DNA of 58,004 nucleotides, taken from the IMG/VR virus record IMGVR_UViG_3300043636_000005, positions 1 through 58,004 of that record; one strand, 5' to 3'. The notes below the pieces were generated by a model that saw only the letters and a program-made list of their open reading frames with translations, made no database searches and had not been told where the DNA came from. The stretch's first letter is position 1, and every line of letters begins with the position of its first letter. Both the position numbers and the translations under genes were made by a program. Positions 53,596-58,004 of this stretch are shown here, piece after piece. This DNA is from a virus (taxonomy: Duplodnaviria > Caudoviricetes).

Positions 53596-54047
53596 AGGAG
53601 GGCCTTTTCCCGCTCGGCCTTGGCCGCAGCGCCCATGCTGTCCATCATCGGTTGAATGATGTTGATCGCGTACCAGCCGAACAGCCGTTCCTGGCCGGCG
53701 TGGCCGAGGCGCAGCAACATGGCCTCGATTTCGGTCTTGGTGCTCGGCAGGGCCTCGGGCGTGCCATCGAGCGCGCCGACGTACACCAAGGGATTAATCA
53801 TATCCATGTAGGCGCCGTTGGAGGAGGAGGCGCCGGCGGCCTCAACAATGCGGAATTGCGCCAGGGCGTCGGGGCGGCGCACGCCGATGGAGCCGGGCGT
53901 GCCGTCGTCCTTGGTGTAATCGAGCACTTCCGCCTTGATGGCGTTCTTGATCAGTTGTTCGGACGGAGTGAGGGGGGCGCTCGATGCGCCCCCCTCGGAG
54001 GTGTCTTTGATGGAGAGGTTTGGAGCGCTGGCGTTGATATCGGCCAT
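53586..54047 (-). CDS. Tail assembly chaperone
   Basis: Follows the tail tube gene and ends at a slippery site. Confidence 0.75.
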   Translation of the reverse strand: MADINASAPNLSIKDTSEGGASSAPLTPSEQLIKNAIKAEVLDYTKDDGTPGSIGVRRPDALAQFRIVEAAGASSSNGAYMDMINPLVYVGALDGTPEALPSTKTEIEAMLLRLGHAGQERLFGWYAINIIQPMMDSMGAAAKAEREKALLKN

Positions 54048-54054
54048 GGGGTCC

Positions 54055-54486
54055 TCAGAGGATTTTAATCTTCCGCGTGGCGAAGCCCGCGAGAGCTTGT
54101 TTTGTAACCTCGTTCCCGCTCCAGGTCCCGGCGTTCGTCAGTTTCAGCGAAACGCCTGTGTAGCGGTATTGCGTAATCGACTGATCGCGCTCGCGGATGG
54201 TCTCTGTGACGGAGACGTTCGGGACCTCGCCGCCGTTGAAATAGATCGCCTCGCGCGATGCGAAGTAATCTTCCGCCGTGCCGTCCTTGCGGTCGAGGTC
54301 GAATTCCAGGTTATGGCCGTTCGGGATGACGTCATGCAGCGGCAGGCCGTTGAGGTCCTTGGACTGGATGTCGACATATTGCGGGGTCGATTTGAACCCG
54401 GTCTTGATGGTGAACTTGATCACCCCTAGCAGCGGGTCGACCACGTCCAAGGACACGTCGCGACCGATAGAGAATTCCTTAGCCAT
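54055..54486 (-). CDS. Tail tube protein
   Basis: 143 aa after the sheath gene. FSIGRDVSL...ETIRE...QYRY. Confidence 0.8.
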   Translation of the reverse strand: MAKEFSIGRDVSLDVVDPLLGVIKFTIKTGFKSTPQYVDIQSKDLNGLPLHDVIPNGHNLEFDLDRKDGTAEDYFASREAIYFNGGEVPNVSVTETIRERDQSITQYRYTGVSLKLTNAGTWSGNEVTKQALAGFATRKIKIL

Positions 54487-54529
54487 GATATCACTCCAGG
54501 GCGCGCGGCCCGCTTAAGGGTTGAGCCGC

Positions 54530-56029
54530 TTAGACGAGCGGGGATTGGCTGGCGATCTGCACCGTCTGGCCGCCGGTGAGGTCGATCAGGAACGTCTCGA
54601 TGACCGCCAGATATTGCACCCGCACCTTGGCTTTCTGGATGCCCTGGAGGATGGCGGCGTTGTCGATCTCCACCGAATAGGGGAGCGTGCCGGCGGCGTT
54701 GCCGATGCGCTCGGCGTCCCACTCCAGTTGCAGGAACGAGCCGATGGTGGACTGGGCTTCGCGGGCCTCCTCGGCGGTGGCGTTGCGGCCGATGAACCGG
54801 CCGGTCCCGGCCTTGGTGTCGAACGAGCGGGCGAGATAGTTGGTCATGCCCGTGTAGGTGTCCTGGCGGGTGGCCTGATCGGACGAGCTGTTGTGACCGA
54901 AGGCGCAGGACGGATATTCACCACCCGGCGACGACATGGTGATGATATCGCCGCGCGCCTGCCCGATGAGCTGGAGTTGCGCCGGATCCCAGACCTTGCC
55001 GGCCAGCGAGCTTTGCGTGCCGATGATCCCATATATCGGCTTGTTCAGCAGCGAGTTCTGCGGGCCGAGCGAGACCTTGCGGCCGGCGGCCACCGCCGAG
55101 GGGGCGATGAGCCGGGTGATCTTGTTCACCCCGTCGAGGATGTACGTCCAATCGCCGAACAGCACCTTGAACCACGGGTCGTCCTGGCCAGCCATGCCGG
55201 TGGCGAAGGCCGAAGTCGTGTCTCCCGAGGGCGAGGAGCCGAAGCCATAGGCCATTTCGGACTTGGCGAAGGCGGTTTGCGCCGCATAGGTCGCGCTGTC
55301 GTCGCAGTCGACCAGGAAGAACACCGCCGCGCCGGACGAGCGCAGGGCGTACATGCCGGTGCGCGGGACGGTGTCGGAGCCGACCAACATGGTGGTGGTG
55401 ACGCCCGACGCGCCGTCCGATCCGCCGGCCAGGGGGAAGGTCCCATCGGCTGGGGCGGTCGCCAGGGCGCCGGCGGAGGTCACGACCAAGCTGGAGTTGG
55501 TGTTGATCGCATCGCGCAGCGCCAGCCAGGAGGCGTTGGAGGCCGCGGTGGCGGCGATGTTGTCGATCACCTCGGCTTGGTGGCCGGGCATGGAGATGAC
55601 CACCCGCTTGGTCGAGGGCTTGGTGCCGGGGCCGATCTGCACCTTGATCCCCGCGCCGAGCGAGCCGGTGTATTTGGCGGTGACCGCCAAGCCCGTGCCG
55701 CCGCCGATCTGCGCCGCCGCCGCGGTCTCGGTCCCATCGGTGACCCGCACGCCACGGAAGTTGCCCGCGCCGTTCATCGCCGCCGCGTGGACCCCGGTCG
55801 AGAGGTCGTATTTGCGGTTCGCCATCGGCCCGAAGGCCACCGCTGCGCCGGCCTCGTCGCTGAACGCCACCTGGACGCCCACCGGACCCCAGGAGGCGAC
55901 CCCGGCGAGGGCGAGGATGTCCGATGGCGCGCCGGTCAGCGGAGCCGAGGGCGGCGGCTGGACATTGACCACCACGCCGGGAACGCCGGAGGCGGTGGGA
56001 TTGGCGTTGCCGAAATTGAAAGTCGTCAT
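54530..56029 (-). CDS. Contractile tail sheath protein
   Basis: VPGVVV, GVASWGPV, VRVTDGT, TAKYTGSLG, TGMYAL and VQYLAVIETF. Confidence 0.88.
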   Translation of the reverse strand: MTTFNFGNANPTASGVPGVVVNVQPPPSAPLTGAPSDILALAGVASWGPVGVQVAFSDEAGAAVAFGPMANRKYDLSTGVHAAAMNGAGNFRGVRVTDGTETAAAAQIGGGTGLAVTAKYTGSLGAGIKVQIGPGTKPSTKRVVISMPGHQAEVIDNIAATAASNASWLALRDAINTNSSLVVTSAGALATAPADGTFPLAGGSDGASGVTTTMLVGSDTVPRTGMYALRSSGAAVFFLVDCDDSATYAAQTAFAKSEMAYGFGSSPSGDTTSAFATGMAGQDDPWFKVLFGDWTYILDGVNKITRLIAPSAVAAGRKVSLGPQNSLLNKPIYGIIGTQSSLAGKVWDPAQLQLIGQARGDIITMSSPGGEYPSCAFGHNSSSDQATRQDTYTGMTNYLARSFDTKAGTGRFIGRNATAEEAREAQSTIGSFLQLEWDAERIGNAAGTLPYSVEIDNAAILQGIQKAKVRVQYLAVIETFLIDLTGGQTVQIASQSPLV

Positions 56030-56077
56030 GGCCGTGAGGCTCCAGGCTGAAGGCGTGAGGGACTGAGGCGCGCGGCC

Positions 56078-56272
56078 TTAGGTCTTCGGGGCGGCCGGCT
56101 TGATCGGCGGCGGCGAATTGATGTCGTTCGCCTCGGGCCGGTCGCCGGCCTTGCTGCGGACCACGAACTCCGGGTTGCTGGCCAGGGCGGCCTTAACCTC
56201 CTCCGCAACGGTGATATCGTCCCCGACCGCGTAGCCCGCGAACGGCTGAATGACGGTGAGTTTGTAGTTCAT
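56078..56272 (-). CDS. Small protein upstream of the sheath gene
   Basis: LTVIQPFAGYAVGDDIT. Confidence 0.6.
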   Translation of the reverse strand: MNYKLTVIQPFAGYAVGDDITVAEEVKAALASNPEFVVRSKAGDRPEANDINSPPPIKPAAPKT

Positions 56273-56277
56273 CGGAG

Positions 56278-57126
56278 CTACTCCAGGTCGGTGGCGATGG
56301 TGACGCCGGACGGGGTTTGCAGCGCCGTCTGGAACGCCACGATTTCAGGGGCCGCCACCGTCAAGGTGGTTGGGACCTCCACTGTGTAAATCAAGTCCCG
56401 GCAGTACGCACCCGCGCGCGCCGATCCGTCGCTGTCGGTGGCCCCGGTGGGCTTAATTCTTGCGGAGAAGTCGTTGGCGAAGCGCAGGAAGGGGACGCTG
56501 TCGAGCGCGGGCTTGATGGCCTTGCCCAGCGTCGCACGGTCCTCGGGGCTCGGCGCCCAGATGGTCAGTTGCCAGCCCTTCTCGGTTCGCGACACCTCGT
56601 GCACCGCCGAGCCGATCACCCCGACCCTGGCGAAGCTGATGCGGTGCGGCGCGGCGATGGTGATATCAACCCCGTTGACCGTCACCCCGACGCCGGTGGC
56701 GGCGATCTTGGCGCCGAGGTCGGCGGCCACCTGAAGGGCGCTGTCGCCCGGCGCCGGGCCATGCAGCACCGGATAGGGGCTGTCCAACCCCAGGGCGATG
56801 TTGTGGACGTGGTGCGGGTTGGGCGCCGCGCCGCTGACGGTGATGGTCTGGCCGAGCAAGGTCAGGGCGTAGGTTTTCGCTGGCCCGGCGATCTCCATTT
56901 CGCCGTCGTCTATGTTGGTCTTGTCGCGATCCATCTTCGGCATGTTGAAGATCGACACATGGGAAATCCCAGCCTTCAGGTCCTTGTCAATCTCGGCTTC
57001 CGCCGGCCAACCAGGGTAGACCTTGACCGGGCGGCCGGTGAGCGACGGCTGGGCGTCGCCGTTCGGATAGACGATGGTCGTGATGACCTCCGCGAGGGCC
57101 TGGGTCACGTCGCTGATGTCGACCAC
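56278..57126 (-). CDS. Tail terminator/neck protein
   Basis: MVDISDV...VYPNG...VYPGWP. Position before the sheath gene. Confidence 0.65.
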   Translation of the reverse strand: MVDISDVTQALAEVITTIVYPNGDAQPSLTGRPVKVYPGWPAEAEIDKDLKAGISHVSIFNMPKMDRDKTNIDDGEMEIAGPAKTYALTLLGQTITVSGAAPNPHHVHNIALGLDSPYPVLHGPAPGDSALQVAADLGAKIAATGVGVTVNGVDITIAAPHRISFARVGVIGSAVHEVSRTEKGWQLTIWAPSPEDRATLGKAIKPALDSVPFLRFANDFSARIKPTGATDSDGSARAGAYCRDLIYTVEVPTTLTVAAPEIVAFQTALQTPSGVTIATDLE

Positions 57127-57127
57127 G

Positions 57128-57502
57128 TCAGACCTCCAGTTGGTCGCAGAGCAGTCGCCAGCCCATCGGCGAGGGCTCGGCGGCGAAGATCAGGAACGAG
57201 CGGGCGATATCATCCTTCACCACGAGGCCGCGGTAGACGTCGGCTTCCGAGGGAATGGCTGCGCCGGGGGCCACGAGCACCGCCCATTGGGCCTTGGAGG
57301 CCTCGCCAGGGATATCCGCCCCGCCGCCGCGCTGGCGGCCCCTGGGCTGGATGCCGGCCAGGACGCCGGAGAACAGCACCTCGTCCTTGGCGCCGTCGAC
57401 GGTGCGGCCGCCGTAGGGCTTCAGCCCGCCAACCTTGCCGTCGATGGGGTCCAGGCTGGCGTCGCGGACGATTGATATCACGCGGTCATAGAGCCAGCTC
57501 AT
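57128..57502 (-). CDS. Head closure/neck protein
   Basis: MSWLYDR start is TGATG-coupled. Position after the adaptor. Confidence 0.6.
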   Translation of the reverse strand: MSWLYDRVISIVRDASLDPIDGKVGGLKPYGGRTVDGAKDEVLFSGVLAGIQPRGRQRGGGADIPGEASKAQWAVLVAPGAAIPSEADVYRGLVVKDDIARSFLIFAAEPSPMGWRLLCDQLEV

Positions 57503-57894
57503 CAATACACCCGCGGGCCAGAGAACATCCGGCGCAGCAGGTCGTTTAGTTCCGCGCCATAGGGCGAGCCCGCGAGGCCGCCGGAGCTGGAGGCCGCGCC
57601 GCCAAGCTCGGAGGGCGAGAAGAATTCCTCCATGCGGTCGCCGGCTTGGCGCTTCTTCAGCCCGGCCGGAGCGTCGCCGCCCGAGGCTGCGGCGCCGGGG
57701 CCGTAGCCGCCGCGATAGAGGAAATGCGCGGTGACGAGGTAGACCCCGAGGGTGAACCGCGCTTGGCTCGGCCAACTGTCGTCCACGTATTCGTCGCGGC
57801 GATCCATGGCGGCCTGGACCGGGCCGTCCGCCACCCCGCCGAACGCTGGATAGGCGGTTCTGAACTCGGCAAGGGTGGGGACGGTGTACGCCAT
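57502..57894 (-). CDS. Head-tail adaptor (DUF4054-like)
   Basis: EFRTAYPAF...LVTAHFL...SPYG. Confidence 0.75.
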   Translation of the reverse strand: MAYTVPTLAEFRTAYPAFGGVADGPVQAAMDRRDEYVDDSWPSQARFTLGVYLVTAHFLYRGGYGPGAAASGGDAPAGLKKRQAGDRMEEFFSPSELGGAASSSGGLAGSPYGAELNDLLRRMFSGPRVY

Positions 57895-58004
57895 GGCCTA
57901 GACGATCACGTCCGAGGCTTCGCCGGCGGCCAGGGTCTCGGGCTCGCCAGCGGCCTGTTCGGCGGTCTGGGCGGCGGCTTGCTCGGCCAGCTCGGCGGCG
58001 TCGG
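57878..58004. repeat. Terminal direct repeat, copy 2
   Basis: Identical to 1-127. Confidence 0.95.

Noticed and set aside
57878-58004. 127-bp terminal repeat as a biological DTR
   Set aside because: The length matches a common assembler k-mer and the repeat cuts through coding genes. Best read as a circularisation overlap.
1-58004. Integrase, ParA/ParB, CI repressor, DNA polymerase, SSB or tRNA genes
   Set aside because: I recognised no diagnostic motifs, so lifestyle cannot be assigned. An HMM search could still reveal divergent members.

Overview
This window looks like a complete, circularly assembled, GC-rich tailed phage genome of about 57.9 kb; bases 1-127 are repeated at 57878-58004. 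It encodes a contractile tail and probably infects an alphaproteobacterium (Caulobacterales-like, inferred from GcrA-like and DnaA-domain-IV-like genes). Modules: head (DUF2184-type capsid, decoration protein, DUF2213 protein, portal fused to a 2H-phosphoesterase/Acb1-like domain); an 11 kb block of small accessory genes; terminase; a GH26-like protein and a 2427-aa multi-domain carbohydrate-active protein; lambda-type replication; RecE/RecT recombination; lysis; baseplate and tail. I saw no integrase, polymerase, tRNA or CRISPR array. Three unexplained signals stand out. (1) At least 8 unrelated proteins end in the same acidic-hydrophobic tag, D-E-V-I-V-stop or D-V-I-V-stop, with varying codons. 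(2) The palindrome GTGATATCAC recurs in pairs around sigma70-like promoters. (3) A roughly 310-nt highly structured non-coding region upstream of the capsid operon has its own apparent promoter and terminator. All family assignments come from motif recognition by eye, not database searches.
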